Below are positions 43,276 through 52,496 of a stretch of DNA of 55,858 nt, in pieces. The position numbers were made by a program, and so were the translations under genes. The notes beneath the pieces were generated by a model. The model ran no database searches and had not been told where the DNA came from. It saw nothing but the letters and a program-made list of their open reading frames with translations. Position 1 is the stretch's first letter; each line of letters opens with the position of its first letter. The stretch is from a virus. Its lineage: Duplodnaviria > Heunggongvirae > Uroviricota > Caudoviricetes. The stretch lies in the IMG/VR virus record IMGVR_UViG_3300027601_000004; one strand, written 5' to 3'.

Positions 43276-43302
43276 GAGTGTGCAGTCACATGCACACTCT
43301 TT
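43276..43302 (+). terminator. intrinsic terminator
   Basis: GAGTGTGCA-GTCACA-TGCACACTC-TTT. Confidence 0.6.
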
Positions 43303-43320
43303 AACTTACTAAGGAGATTT

Positions 43321-43848
43321 ATGAATTTAATCCGAGTTACATTTATTTCGATAGCAGTAATGGTAGCACTAACAGCTGCTGCTACATTTTATAGTAAAGG
43401 ATACACTATACTTAACATTAAGTATGGACAGTTAACCACTGACGCTAGACAACAAGTTGATTGTTTGGCTGAAAACATTTATTATGAAGCAGGGCATGAA
43501 CCCCGAGATGGTCAAGTCGCTGTTGCTATGGTAACGATGAATAGAGTATTAGATCCAAGGTTTCCGAAAGATATTTGTAGCGTAGTTAAACAAAAAACTA
43601 AGGTAGAATCAATCGGCGACACAAGAATTGCTTGTCAATTTTCTTGGTTTTGTGAGCCAAGAAAATCTATAAATCAAGAAGTATATAACAAAAATTTAGA
43701 AGTTGCGTTATATGTTTATGCTAATTATGAGGTACTAGAAGATAATACATATGGCGCAAAATTTTATCATGCGGATTATGTACGACCAAATTGGAAGAAT
43801 TTACAGAAGACTACAGTAATTGGTAGACACATTTTTTACAAGGATTAA
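43321..43848 (+). CDS. SleB-like cell wall hydrolase (Hydrolase_2)
   Basis: CLAENIYYEAG.E...GQ.AVA.V..NRV, CQFSW, FYHADYV.P.W, IGRHIFY; N-terminal TM. Confidence 0.92.
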   Translation: MNLIRVTFISIAVMVALTAAATFYSKGYTILNIKYGQLTTDARQQVDCLAENIYYEAGHEPRDGQVAVAMVTMNRVLDPRFPKDICSVVKQKTKVESIGDTRIACQFSWFCEPRKSINQEVYNKNLEVALYVYANYEVLEDNTYGAKFYHADYVRPNWKNLQKTTVIGRHIFYKD

Positions 43849-43850
43849 AG

Positions 43851-44417
43851 GTGCAAAATATGATGCAAAAATTGAATTTACAGGTAAAAGAAGAACACTC
43901 ACGTCATTCGTTCTTCTTGTTAATGGAAGAAGTTACATTAGCAACTTGTAAACAAGCAGTAGAATGGATCTTTGAAAACAATTTCCAAGAAGATCGTGCT
44001 GACTTACTTAACATGGTAATCACTTCTCCAGGCGGAGATTTAAATGCAGCATTTGCATTAGTTGATACTATGCGTGGTTCAGCCATTCCAATTAGAACAA
44101 TTGGTCTTGGTCAAATCGCTTCAGCTGGTCTTATGATTTTTATTGCTGGCGAAAAGGGAAATCGTATTCTTACACCGAATACTTCTATTCTGTCACACCA
44201 GTATTCATGGGGTGCGTTCGGCAAAGAACATGAGTTGTTCGCAACAGTCAAAGAGTTTGACTTGACGACCAAACGTATGATTAGTCATTATAAAAAATGC
44301 ACAGGATTATCTGAGAAGAAAATTCGTGAAGTGCTTTTACCTCCACAAGATATGTGGTTATCAGCAACCGAAGCAAAAGATTTGGGGTTATGTGATGCAG
44401 TTAAAGACATTAATTAA
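43851..44417 (+). CDS. clpP: ClpP-like protease
   Basis: ITSPGG, GQIASAG (catalytic Ser), R...PN..I..HQ, D.WLSA.EA...GLCD. Confidence 0.88.
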   Translation: MQNMMQKLNLQVKEEHSRHSFFLLMEEVTLATCKQAVEWIFENNFQEDRADLLNMVITSPGGDLNAAFALVDTMRGSAIPIRTIGLGQIASAGLMIFIAGEKGNRILTPNTSILSHQYSWGAFGKEHELFATVKEFDLTTKRMISHYKKCTGLSEKKIREVLLPPQDMWLSATEAKDLGLCDAVKDIN

Positions 44418-44586
44418 ATACGCAAGATATTCAGGAATGTGGTTTGGTGTAGTTGTTAACCCATGTCATTGGGAACTGCGTTTTGATTTTTTACATCCAG
44501 ATGATTTAAATCCTGCAATGCGTGGGATTTTTATTAGTCTCGGTCCAGTTTGGATTCGAGGTATTATAGATGATGGAACATGGTAA
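44326..44586 (+). CDS. hypothetical protein (start uncertain)
   Basis: fills the gap between clpP and next gene. Confidence 0.4.
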   Translation: MKCFYLHKICGYQQPKQKIWGYVMQLKTLIKYARYSGMWFGVVVNPCHWELRFDFLHPDDLNPAMRGIFISLGPVWIRGIIDDGTW

Positions 44587-44597
44587 GGAGAACTAAA

Positions 44598-44852
44598 ATG
44601 CCAGAATTAACTAACAACAGTAAAGATAAACTTGGGTTTATCATTGGTATAACATTAATCGTTATGACAGCATTAGTATGTTTTACGTTTTATAGTTATC
44701 ATCAAACCAACGCTATTAAGTCAAATATTGAATCAGCAATCGTTAAAGGTATTGACCCAGTGGCAGTAAAATGTGCATATTCCAGTGGTGATGTTATGTG
44801 CGTAGCCTACGCAGTGGCTCATGGACAAGGAAATACCCCTACTAAAAAATAA
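44598..44852 (+). CDS. single-TM hypothetical protein
   Basis: SD AAGGAG; TM then GIDPVAVKCAY. Confidence 0.7.
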   Translation: MPELTNNSKDKLGFIIGITLIVMTALVCFTFYSYHQTNAIKSNIESAIVKGIDPVAVKCAYSSGDVMCVAYAVAHGQGNTPTKK

Positions 44853-44907
44853 CCCTACAGATCGTAGGGTATCTAAGTCGTTGATTTTATAGGGGTTTTT
44901 TGGGGGG

Positions 44908-44936
44908 TTTACAATAATTCAGATCCAGTGTATAAT
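44908..44936 (+). promoter_or_regulatory. sigma70-type early promoter
   Basis: TTTACA-N17-TATAAT, inverted repeat at 44849-44872. Confidence 0.85.
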
Positions 44937-44965
44937 AGTCTTATGATGATTGAAAAGGAACTGTT

Positions 44966-45178
44966 ATGAAATATCGTGTTATTGTGAATGGCGTATCTTT
45001 TTATACTACAGGTGCTGCTATCAAACGTGGCGTTGGCGATTTTGTTGCTGTCAATACAGTTGTGCGTCAACTGTTCGAAAATATGTTTAATGCTGTTGGC
45101 ATTTCTTCCAGAATGCACGTTTATGATCACAAAATGGAAAGAGTGACGTATGATGTTTCGATTAGTAAAATCGTTTAA
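44966..45178 (+). CDS. hypothetical protein
   Basis: SD AAGGA after promoter. Confidence 0.65.
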   Translation: MKYRVIVNGVSFYTTGAAIKRGVGDFVAVNTVVRQLFENMFNAVGISSRMHVYDHKMERVTYDVSISKIV

Positions 45179-45187
45179 GGATATATT

Positions 45188-45742
45188 ATGTCAACTAACC
45201 ATAGTGAAAATACAACCATTTCAGATCAAGCAGCAATAGAATTTTTGTGGAAAAAATTAAGTAAATCTAGTACTGCTGGTATCAGTCTTGAACAAGCAAA
45301 AACACTGGCGATATGGGGTGGTGTTTCTGTAAGTAATCTTCTAGAACAAGCTATTCTCGACAACAATAAAAAATTGAAAAAATCTAATAAAGATGGCGAA
45401 GATTATACAGATGGTTCTGATGCAAAATATATGACTGCTCGTGCCAGAAAACATAACAAATATAAAGATAAGCATCAGTATACAAACAACGCTGCAGTAT
45501 TATCCCCAGCAGCATTAAAAAATAAACATGGTCATTTACGTATATTCATAACACACTTAGACGACCGACGTAATAAAACAAATTATAGAATGTTTCTTAT
45601 TCCACTTCATGATTGGAAAACCAGAATGATGAAAGGTGGAGTTGACTTTGCATTCTCATCTAAGACTGGAGATTTGGCACCCAGATCCTATAAAAGATGG
45701 GGTGAATTCGAGGTCAAAACCTTTAAAGAACTTTGCAAATAA
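45188..45742 (+). CDS. hypothetical protein, possibly PD-(D/E)XK nuclease-like
   Basis: SD AAGGA; EDYTDGSDAK could be a D..D-x-K site. Confidence 0.5.
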   Translation: MSTNHSENTTISDQAAIEFLWKKLSKSSTAGISLEQAKTLAIWGGVSVSNLLEQAILDNNKKLKKSNKDGEDYTDGSDAKYMTARARKHNKYKDKHQYTNNAAVLSPAALKNKHGHLRIFITHLDDRRNKTNYRMFLIPLHDWKTRMMKGGVDFAFSSKTGDLAPRSYKRWGEFEVKTFKELCK

Positions 45743-45746
45743 CTGC

Positions 45747-45775
45747 TTTACTTTAATTCAATATTGAGGTATAAT
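45747..45775 (+). promoter_or_regulatory. sigma70-type early promoter
   Basis: TTTACT-TTAATTC..-TATAAT. Confidence 0.85.
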
Positions 45776-45781
45776 TATATT

Positions 45782-46132
45782 ATGATTCTTATTCACACCA
45801 GTCTTGGTCGATCCAAGAAACGTAAACAAAATGCAAAGCAACGTGAGTTGCAAGCATCATGGGAAGCCATGTTGAAGAAGTATGCCACAAAGAAGGTTGC
45901 TCCTAGGAAAGAACAATCACTCAGTGATGTATACTCACTCGGTACACCTGCTTGTCGTGAGACACCTAAGATTCCGAGTCTCCCCTTTACTGGTGGTCCA
46001 TGTACTAAAGCACCTGATAAAGTGTATACTGGTACTGCGATCAAAGGTATTGGCACCATGCATAAGTCGAATGCTGTTCCTATTTTTTCTGATGAACAAG
46101 CAGTTGACATTGCTAGAATGAGGAGAGGTTGA
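45782..46132 (+). CDS. conserved phage hypothetical protein
   Basis: YTGT.IKGIGTMHKSNAVP motif. Confidence 0.75.
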   Translation: MILIHTSLGRSKKRKQNAKQRELQASWEAMLKKYATKKVAPRKEQSLSDVYSLGTPACRETPKIPSLPFTGGPCTKAPDKVYTGTAIKGIGTMHKSNAVPIFSDEQAVDIARMRRG

Positions 46133-46368
46133 TGGAAAAGAAAATCCTGATGAAGATTCGCTTGAAGCAAGATGGCACTTGGGAACATGTTTATAACGAT
46201 GGTTCTACGGATCAAGAGTTTTATGAACTGAACATTGTTGAACTTGCTAAAATGCAACGTGCCAAATACATTGAGCAGTCCCAAGATTATCTGGAACAAG
46301 CAGTAGAGTTGTCTGGATATAAAGACGCAATAGAAGTTATTGATTATATACAACGAAAGACTAAATAA
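46129..46368 (+). CDS. hypothetical protein
   Basis: packed ORF. Confidence 0.6.
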   Translation: MMEKKILMKIRLKQDGTWEHVYNDGSTDQEFYELNIVELAKMQRAKYIEQSQDYLEQAVELSGYKDAIEVIDYIQRKTK

Positions 46369-46640
46369 TGAACGCTAAATTGAATAAAATTGTATCTGCA
46401 AGTCATATGGGCGACGTAAAGGAAGTGCAAGATCTTTACATTAGCCTATTGAATGACAAGATGAAACTTGACAAATTTTTCAGTTTGTATCTTGATAAAT
46501 TCGGTAACAAAATGGATCCCGAAAAAACAGATACTAACATCTGGAAACTTTATAATATTAAATCGAAAGAATATTCTGAACTTAATCATGCTATTAGAAC
46601 AGCCAATTACTACCTCAATAAACACACTACGAATGTTTAA
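46368..46640 (+). CDS. hypothetical protein
   Basis: packed ORF. Confidence 0.65.
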   Translation: MNAKLNKIVSASHMGDVKEVQDLYISLLNDKMKLDKFFSLYLDKFGNKMDPEKTDTNIWKLYNIKSKEYSELNHAIRTANYYLNKHTTNV

Positions 46641-46848
46641 AACATCAAACGAATTTTCTCTTTACATTGAACAGGTTGTCAATGAAAAGCGTATCACTCA
46701 TATGGACGCTATTCTTGAATACTGTAAAGAAAACTATCTTGAACCACAAGACATTGCTAAGTTAGTCAACAAGTCTTTGAAGGAAAAGGTAGCACTCAAT
46801 ATGCAAGAACTTAATTATCTCCCTAAGAAAGCACAACTGGATGTCTAA
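46633..46848 (+). CDS. 33: late promoter transcription accessory protein gp33
   Basis: FSLYIE......HMDAIL.YC.EN.LE...IAKLV.KSLKEKV...N.L; precedes gp59. Confidence 0.85.
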   Translation: MFKTSNEFSLYIEQVVNEKRITHMDAILEYCKENYLEPQDIAKLVNKSLKEKVALNMQELNYLPKKAQLDV

Positions 46849-47462
46849 TGGACGGATTCAAAGCGTATAAGTATTACATAGCTGTCAGACTCCATTTCAC
46901 TAAAGACAATTTCGATGTATTTAAAAATCGTGGTAACCTAAAGGGAACACGTGATGCATTTAATGCTAGGAATGATCGTCTTATGTTTGAGAAACTTGCA
47001 AGAAAATATCCAGTAGACAAAGAACTAATACAATACTATGTTGCAAACTTTGCTTACGGTAGCGATACTGCGGTTTATTCAATGGAAGAAGCAGATAGTA
47101 ATTTAATTGAGTGGAATCGAAGAAAGCAGAGTATTACTAAAATCTTTTCTGATGATTGCAATAGAATTTTATTGGATGCTTGCAAGAACAAATTTAAAGA
47201 AGATTCTATTTTTAACTTGACAAATAAAGGTTATTGTAGTATACTTAAATTATTCCTTGGTAATCAGATAACACTTGAAACTGTCAGAATTATTGACGAC
47301 TTTCATCCTATGATTGATTCTTGGAAAACTAACTCATCAATGATATTACTTTGGGAAAATGAAATACGTAGAATAGAAAAATCTAAAGGTTTCGTGAAAT
47401 ACGAAAATGTTAAAATTAAAAAGGTTTTTGATAATTTCTTGGAAGAAGTAAAAGAGTTATAA
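46848..47462 (+). CDS. 59: helicase loader gp59
   Basis: YK.Y.A..LHFT...FD.FK..G, F.ARND...FEKL; between gp33 and gp32. Confidence 0.88.
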   Translation: MDGFKAYKYYIAVRLHFTKDNFDVFKNRGNLKGTRDAFNARNDRLMFEKLARKYPVDKELIQYYVANFAYGSDTAVYSMEEADSNLIEWNRRKQSITKIFSDDCNRILLDACKNKFKEDSIFNLTNKGYCSILKLFLGNQITLETVRIIDDFHPMIDSWKTNSSMILLWENEIRRIEKSKGFVKYENVKIKKVFDNFLEEVKEL

Positions 47463-47463
47463 A

Positions 47464-47688
47464 ATGGGTAAGACTTGGAATAATCATTCGAAGAAATTCG
47501 ATGATGAGCAAACCAGTAAGCGATCTGGTAAACATGCCAAACATTCTAACAACAAAAAGAGTGGAGGTATGAAAACGCTAAATAGTTATGTTGAAGAAGA
47601 TTATGATGATCCTTTCGAGGATGAACTTGAAATTCATGATGAGATTTTTATACAACATAATACTAATACAAACGACGATACTCCGTAA
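47464..47688 (+). CDS. hypothetical protein
   Basis: basic N-half, acidic C-half. Confidence 0.6.
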   Translation: MGKTWNNHSKKFDDEQTSKRSGKHAKHSNNKKSGGMKTLNSYVEEDYDDPFEDELEIHDEIFIQHNTNTNDDTP

Positions 47689-47705
47689 ATACGAAAGGTA
47701 ATAAA

Positions 47706-48611
47706 ATGGACATTCAAACACTTCGCAAGATGCGCAATTCTGACTTCGGCAAAATCGCTGGAGAGTTCGAGAAAATCGCAAATCCCCAAACCCAAACTAA
47801 GTCATACGCTGACGATCGCTTCTGGAAACTAGAAGGTGATAAAGCAGGTAATGGCACAGCCACACTTCGCTTCCTACCACGTGTAGAAGGTGATGAGCTA
47901 CCTTGGGTACGTATCTTTTCTCATGGATTCCAAGGTCCAACTGGGAAATGGTATATCGAAAATTCCCTCACTACTCTTGGTGAGAACGACCCTGTTGGTG
48001 AATTGAACACTCAACTGTGGAACTCTGGTTCTGATGCGAACAAGAAAATTGCTCAAGCACAAAAGCGTAAACTAAGTTTTATCGCTAACGTGTTGGTTGT
48101 TTCTGATCCTAAGCATCCAGAGAACGAAGGTAAAGTATTCCTATTTAAATTTGGTAAGAAAATCTTTGATAAGATTATGGACAAAGCACGTCCAACCTTT
48201 GAAGATGAGAAGCCAGTAAACGTGTTTGACTTCTGGGAAGGTGCCAACTTCAAACTGCGTATGCGTAAGAAAGATGGTTACACTAACTATGACGAATCTG
48301 CGTTTGCTGATCCTACCGCAATTTCAAATGATGATGAAGCTATCCTCAAGATTGCAAACCAGCAACACAAATTGGCAGAGTTCCTCGATCGTAAGAACTT
48401 CAAGTCTTATGATGAGTTGAAGAAGAAACTTGAGGAAGTTCTTTCTGGTGATTCTTTTGCTAGCAAATCTGCTGCAGAACTTTCTGAAGAAGAACGTCCA
48501 GTTGCTGCTGCACCAAAGATCGCAAGTAAACCTGCACCATCTATTGCGTCAGCAAGTGACGATGATGAAGATGTAATGTCTTATTTTGAGAAGATTGCTA
48601 AAGAAGATTAA
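47706..48611 (+). CDS. 32: single-stranded DNA-binding protein gp32
   Basis: DDRFWK..DK.GNG.A..RFLP, HGFQGP.GKWYIENS, FKFGKKIFDK, acidic tail. Confidence 0.97.
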   Translation: MDIQTLRKMRNSDFGKIAGEFEKIANPQTQTKSYADDRFWKLEGDKAGNGTATLRFLPRVEGDELPWVRIFSHGFQGPTGKWYIENSLTTLGENDPVGELNTQLWNSGSDANKKIAQAQKRKLSFIANVLVVSDPKHPENEGKVFLFKFGKKIFDKIMDKARPTFEDEKPVNVFDFWEGANFKLRMRKKDGYTNYDESAFADPTAISNDDEAILKIANQQHKLAEFLDRKNFKSYDELKKKLEEVLSGDSFASKSAAELSEEERPVAAAPKIASKPAPSIASASDDDEDVMSYFEKIAKED

Positions 48612-48628
48612 TCTTTAGAGTAGAAAAG

Positions 48629-48654
48629 AAAAGGGAGCTTCGGCTCCCTTTTTT
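48629..48654. terminator. bidirectional intrinsic terminator between convergent blocks
   Basis: AAAAGGGAGC-TTCG-GCTCCCTTTTTT. Confidence 0.9.
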
Positions 48655-48655
48655 G

Positions 48656-50449
48656 TTATGCAAATCGTGTTCTTATATAACGATTCATTGTCTGTTCTTG
48701 ATTACGAACAGGTAATTGAACTATTGAATTTTGAGTGGTTTGATTATTTGTAACTGGTGCTACAACTGTATTTCCACCACCACTTGCGCTGGCACCCATC
48801 GCTGCAGTTCTAGCTCCGTCATTGGCAGCTGATTGATTAGAAACAAAGTTCGCTTGTCCCATCGCTGCACCCATAGCAGCAATTTTTTCAACAGGTAAAG
48901 CAGCAATTGCTTTAATGTTTTCTGGTTTAATGTCAGAGAATACTCTTAGACCAGCACCGAGTTTCTCAACACCAATACCTGCTTTCTCAATATTTTGTCC
49001 TTGTTCACCAAGAGCAATAATTTGATCGACAGGAGTTTTTTGCCCACCTGCCCATGATAGGAAACCAGTAACCAAGTTACTTAAACCACTAGCAACGTTG
49101 GCTGCAGCAAAAGCAGCCATACCAAACGATACTGATAGAAGACCAGCACCGACCTGCATAAGATTCATACCATCAATAGCAGCTAGTCTTTCGATTGAAC
49201 TTGTGATCGCATCAATAGTTCCAATGATTGCTTCAGAAATCGTACCAATAACACCCATAACTACATCACCGACTGCTGTAATTACACTTGGAATTTGTTG
49301 AATAGCAGCTACGAATACGTTTTGAACTACATCTGCTACCTTGATTAGAACTGGTGCGAATGCTTCCATAAATGGTGCAGCATACTCAAGTGCTTTACCA
49401 ATACCCATAAACGCTAAAACTGCAGCAGCAAGACCTAACATTACCTTTGGATTCGCCAAAGCAGAAACACCTTGTGCAATACCAATTAGTATCCCCTTGA
49501 TTGCGCCACCAATACCTTTACCTAATGAAGAAAGACCTGCACCTAATGCTTTAAATCCTGCTCCAAGACCACCTAACAAACCAGCACCCATTCCTCCACC
49601 ATCACTAGGAGCAGCTGCTTTTGATTTATCTCCGCCAAGAGCAGATGTGTTCTTTGATATTTCTTGCAGTAGTTTAGTTTGGGCTTCTTCTCTGCGAGAA
49701 GATTCCATTTCTTCTTCAGAAACATTTACCGCATCATTCTGTTCTTTATTGCTCTTCTCAGTTCCAGCTGGTTGTGGTTTTGCTATAAGATTAGCACGTA
49801 AATCTGTTTTAGCAAATGCATCAGATAAGGATTCACGTTTAGACAATAAACGCTGTCCTTCTTTAGTACCAGCTATCTGTTTATCATTTAATCCAGTATC
49901 TTTTTTAAACTTCTCCAACTCAGCTTCATTGGACTTAATACTCTTTGCTGTTTTGTTTCGTTCTTCGAAATCTTGTCCAAGTTCTTTATAAGACTTTTCA
50001 CTTCCAAGTTTCTTTTGTTGATCAGCGAATTCTCTTGAAGCAATTTTCTTATCGAAGATACCACCAACATTAATTGCTTTAAGTGCGGTTGTTCCTGTTG
50101 CTCTAACTGATCCGAATTTATCAGCTAATCCCTTTCCGAAGTTCGCAAATTTATCTTTAATTGAGTCGAATGTTTTAACAGTCTGTGCAATATTTGCAAT
50201 CGCTTCTGACTCTTCGCCTTTGATGCGTTTCAATTCTTCTGCAGAAACTTTACTTACTTCAACAAGTTCTTGTTGTTGTTCAAGTTGTTTCTTTTGAACT
50301 TTAAGCATGTCTTCTTCACGTTTAGCTGGAGACCCAGTTTCAACGAGTGTTCTAATTGTTTGAACGTGCTCCAGCGATAACTGTTGAACTTCCAACAGTT
50401 TCTTAAAGTCGCTCGATTGAACGTGGACCATCATCGGTGGTTTAGCCAT
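48656..50449 (-). CDS. tail tape measure / baseplate hub (gp29-like)
   Basis: 597 aa helical, Ala/Gly-rich repeats; directly downstream of gp26/gp51. Confidence 0.65.
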   Translation of the reverse strand: MAKPPMMVHVQSSDFKKLLEVQQLSLEHVQTIRTLVETGSPAKREEDMLKVQKKQLEQQQELVEVSKVSAEELKRIKGEESEAIANIAQTVKTFDSIKDKFANFGKGLADKFGSVRATGTTALKAINVGGIFDKKIASREFADQQKKLGSEKSYKELGQDFEERNKTAKSIKSNEAELEKFKKDTGLNDKQIAGTKEGQRLLSKRESLSDAFAKTDLRANLIAKPQPAGTEKSNKEQNDAVNVSEEEMESSRREEAQTKLLQEISKNTSALGGDKSKAAAPSDGGGMGAGLLGGLGAGFKALGAGLSSLGKGIGGAIKGILIGIAQGVSALANPKVMLGLAAAVLAFMGIGKALEYAAPFMEAFAPVLIKVADVVQNVFVAAIQQIPSVITAVGDVVMGVIGTISEAIIGTIDAITSSIERLAAIDGMNLMQVGAGLLSVSFGMAAFAAANVASGLSNLVTGFLSWAGGQKTPVDQIIALGEQGQNIEKAGIGVEKLGAGLRVFSDIKPENIKAIAALPVEKIAAMGAAMGQANFVSNQSAANDGARTAAMGASASGGGNTVVAPVTNNQTTQNSIVQLPVRNQEQTMNRYIRTRFA

Positions 50450-50452
50450 ACT

Positions 50453-50599
50453 TTACCTTTTTTTCTGTGCTTCTAATCTTTGTTTTTCTTCTTCCAAATG
50501 CTTAATTAACATGGCAACATACACTTCTCTTTCAAACGGAATCATATTCTCAAGTTCCGTTAGCGAGTATTTGTGGTACTGCATCAAAGCGAAATTCAT
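50453..50599 (-). CDS. 51: gp51-like baseplate hub assembly protein (probably reached by -1 frameshift from gp26)
   Basis: MNFALMQYHKYSLTELENMIPFEREVYV; not in ORF track; no SD. Confidence 0.85.
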   Translation of the reverse strand: MNFALMQYHKYSLTELENMIPFEREVYVAMLIKHLEEEKQRLEAQKKR

Positions 50600-50637
50600 T
50601 TTATAATAATTGAACAAACTATCATGACAAAGGTTTA

Positions 50638-51357
50638 TTAAAAAAAACTTTGGAGTCCCTCCAAAACTTTATGATGCGCACGATTACAAACAGGACAATT
50701 ATAATTAACTTCTTGTTTTAATCTCGGCATAGTCTCAAAGAATTTTTGAACTTTAGCAAACTGCTCAGACGTTAAATTATTAATAAAGTCTAATAGTTCT
50801 TCTTGACTTTGTTCTTTTCCATAAAATAGTTCGTTACCTTGATAAATGTAATCAATACACTCAGCAACAATTTTAAATAAATCATCAAGGTTGTTTACAT
50901 CAAGATTCTGTAATTTCTTTAGCACTTGCATCGTAGGGTATTTCATCACAACACCAACATCGCCAAATAAGTGAATTTTATTGTTATGTTCTGGCGATTT
51001 CTCTACCTGCAGCTTTGTAATATCAAAAGAGATTTGAACTCTGGCTTTCTCATCCTCACATACATCGCATGGGAAAATTAAATCTACAGTTTCACCAACA
51101 GACTTTGCACGTAATTGAGTGAAAATATATTCCATATCAAATGTTGCAATGTCATCGACATTAAAATCTCCAACGACACAAGTTTTAATAACATCTTTAA
51201 GCGTATTGACCATAACCAGTGGGTCTTCGCTTTGTTGTGCCATCATTAATGCTTTTTCTTCACGAACCAGAAATGGTCTATATTTTACTTCTTTCCCAGT
51301 AGATGGGATCGACAACGTATACGTTGGCGTACTACTCATCGGCAATGCCATGGTCAC
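50638..51357 (-). CDS. 26: baseplate hub subunit/chaperone gp26
   Basis: P.Y.L.IPSTGKEVKYRPFLVREEKAL, FD.EYIF..LRAKSVGE, LEGLQSFF. Confidence 0.9.
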   Translation of the reverse strand: MTMALPMSSTPTYTLSIPSTGKEVKYRPFLVREEKALMMAQQSEDPLVMVNTLKDVIKTCVVGDFNVDDIATFDMEYIFTQLRAKSVGETVDLIFPCDVCEDEKARVQISFDITKLQVEKSPEHNNKIHLFGDVGVVMKYPTMQVLKKLQNLDVNNLDDLFKIVAECIDYIYQGNELFYGKEQSQEELLDFINNLTSEQFAKVQKFFETMPRLKQEVNYNCPVCNRAHHKVLEGLQSFF

Positions 51358-51779
51358 TCTCCTTTAGTCATATTCTTAATAAGTTTATTCAACTCAGCGG
51401 TGCTACCAACAAAGATAGCGTTATTATTAGTCACCTGTTTAGCTGCTTCAGCTTTACTAGGTGCATCAAGTTTTTGTTTCTGTTGATGTAAATCCATTAA
51501 TTGTTGATTTACGTCAGCTAATTGTTTCATTAAATTACCCACAACTTCAAACGCACGTGGATGTTCAGATTGTTTAGCAACTTCCAGAGCATCTGTTAAA
51601 GCTACCTGTCCTTGCTGCAATAACACACGAAGATTGTTTCTGGCAACTGTATAGTCATCCTCAATCTTTTCGTTTACTGGAGTTATAGTATTACCAGATG
51701 AATCTAATACTTCAACTTCAGTTTTCTTTTCAATCTTAACTGTGTCAAAAACTTCTGACAACTTATCATCAATTTTCAT
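51354..51779 (-). CDS. 16: terminase small subunit gp16-like
   Basis: DY..AR.NL...LE.A..SEHPRAFEV..L...D, NNAIFVGSTAEL. Confidence 0.8.
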   Translation of the reverse strand: MKIDDKLSEVFDTVKIEKKTEVEVLDSSGNTITPVNEKIEDDYTVARNNLRVLLQQGQVALTDALEVAKQSEHPRAFEVVGNLMKQLADVNQQLMDLHQQKQKLDAPSKAEAAKQVTNNNAIFVGSTAELNKLIKNMTKGE

Positions 51780-51792
51780 AATAATCCTTTAT

Positions 51793-52494
51793 TTATGATC
51801 TACCATCAAAAGTCATAGTGTTATAATCTTGCTGAAATCCGCTAAAATTAGAACTGTACTGTTCTGGAACACTTGGTAGGCTAGTTAATTCTCTGTTATT
51901 AATTGTTGGCATCTTTAAGAAACGATCCCAAGGAGATTCTTTAGTTTCTTTTGGAGCTGAGAATGATCTAGAATTCCAATATTTGTAATTCATACTAACT
52001 TGCAATTTCATAACTTCTTTCTGATCGTATCCAACTTGGATCTGCCCAACATTTTTCGGATAACACTCTTCCATAGTTATTTCATAGCGTTTTCTATCTT
52101 TAGTATCTTCTACTTCAATTTTAATTTCGCTAATATAATCATCATAATAATTAAAATTTCTTGTGAATGGGTTTTGAATTGACTCTATCCATTGATCGAA
52201 GAACTTTTTAACTTCCATGTTATTGTCTACATAGAATGACATACTCGCATTGTCAAACATCTTTTCATTTGGTGCTTCACGAACTTCACCATGTATTCTA
52301 ATCTGGTTGGTTGCAATAGTTACTCCAGGAATGGTTATATCTGAACAAAACAAAAGAATTTTTCTCATGTTTGGAGAATATGACATACTCTTTGGAATTC
52401 TTAAAGATACATTATATCTCGAAGTCCTCATCAACCCTTCGGTTTTAACTAATGCGACGAAATTCTTTAAGTTACCGTTCTTTGGTTCAGCCAT
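51793..52494 (-). CDS. 54: baseplate tail tube initiator gp54-like
   Basis: gp19/gp54-type pattern: G..R..RY.V, C....IPG, FF..W...I, F.Y.YW. Confidence 0.7.
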   Translation of the reverse strand: MAEPKNGNLKNFVALVKTEGLMRTSRYNVSLRIPKSMSYSPNMRKILLFCSDITIPGVTIATNQIRIHGEVREAPNEKMFDNASMSFYVDNNMEVKKFFDQWIESIQNPFTRNFNYYDDYISEIKIEVEDTKDRKRYEITMEECYPKNVGQIQVGYDQKEVMKLQVSMNYKYWNSRSFSAPKETKESPWDRFLKMPTINNRELTSLPSVPEQYSSNFSGFQQDYNTMTFDGRS

Positions 52495-52496
52495 GT

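Noticed and set aside
49098-50070. Plus-strand ORFs opposite the tape measure gene
   Set aside because: Typical antisense open frames of an Ala/Gly-rich gene; no SD or promoter.
51354-51779. gp16 located among baseplate genes as a novel rearrangement
   Set aside because: Gene order in aquatic T4-like phages is known to be shuffled; not informative alone.
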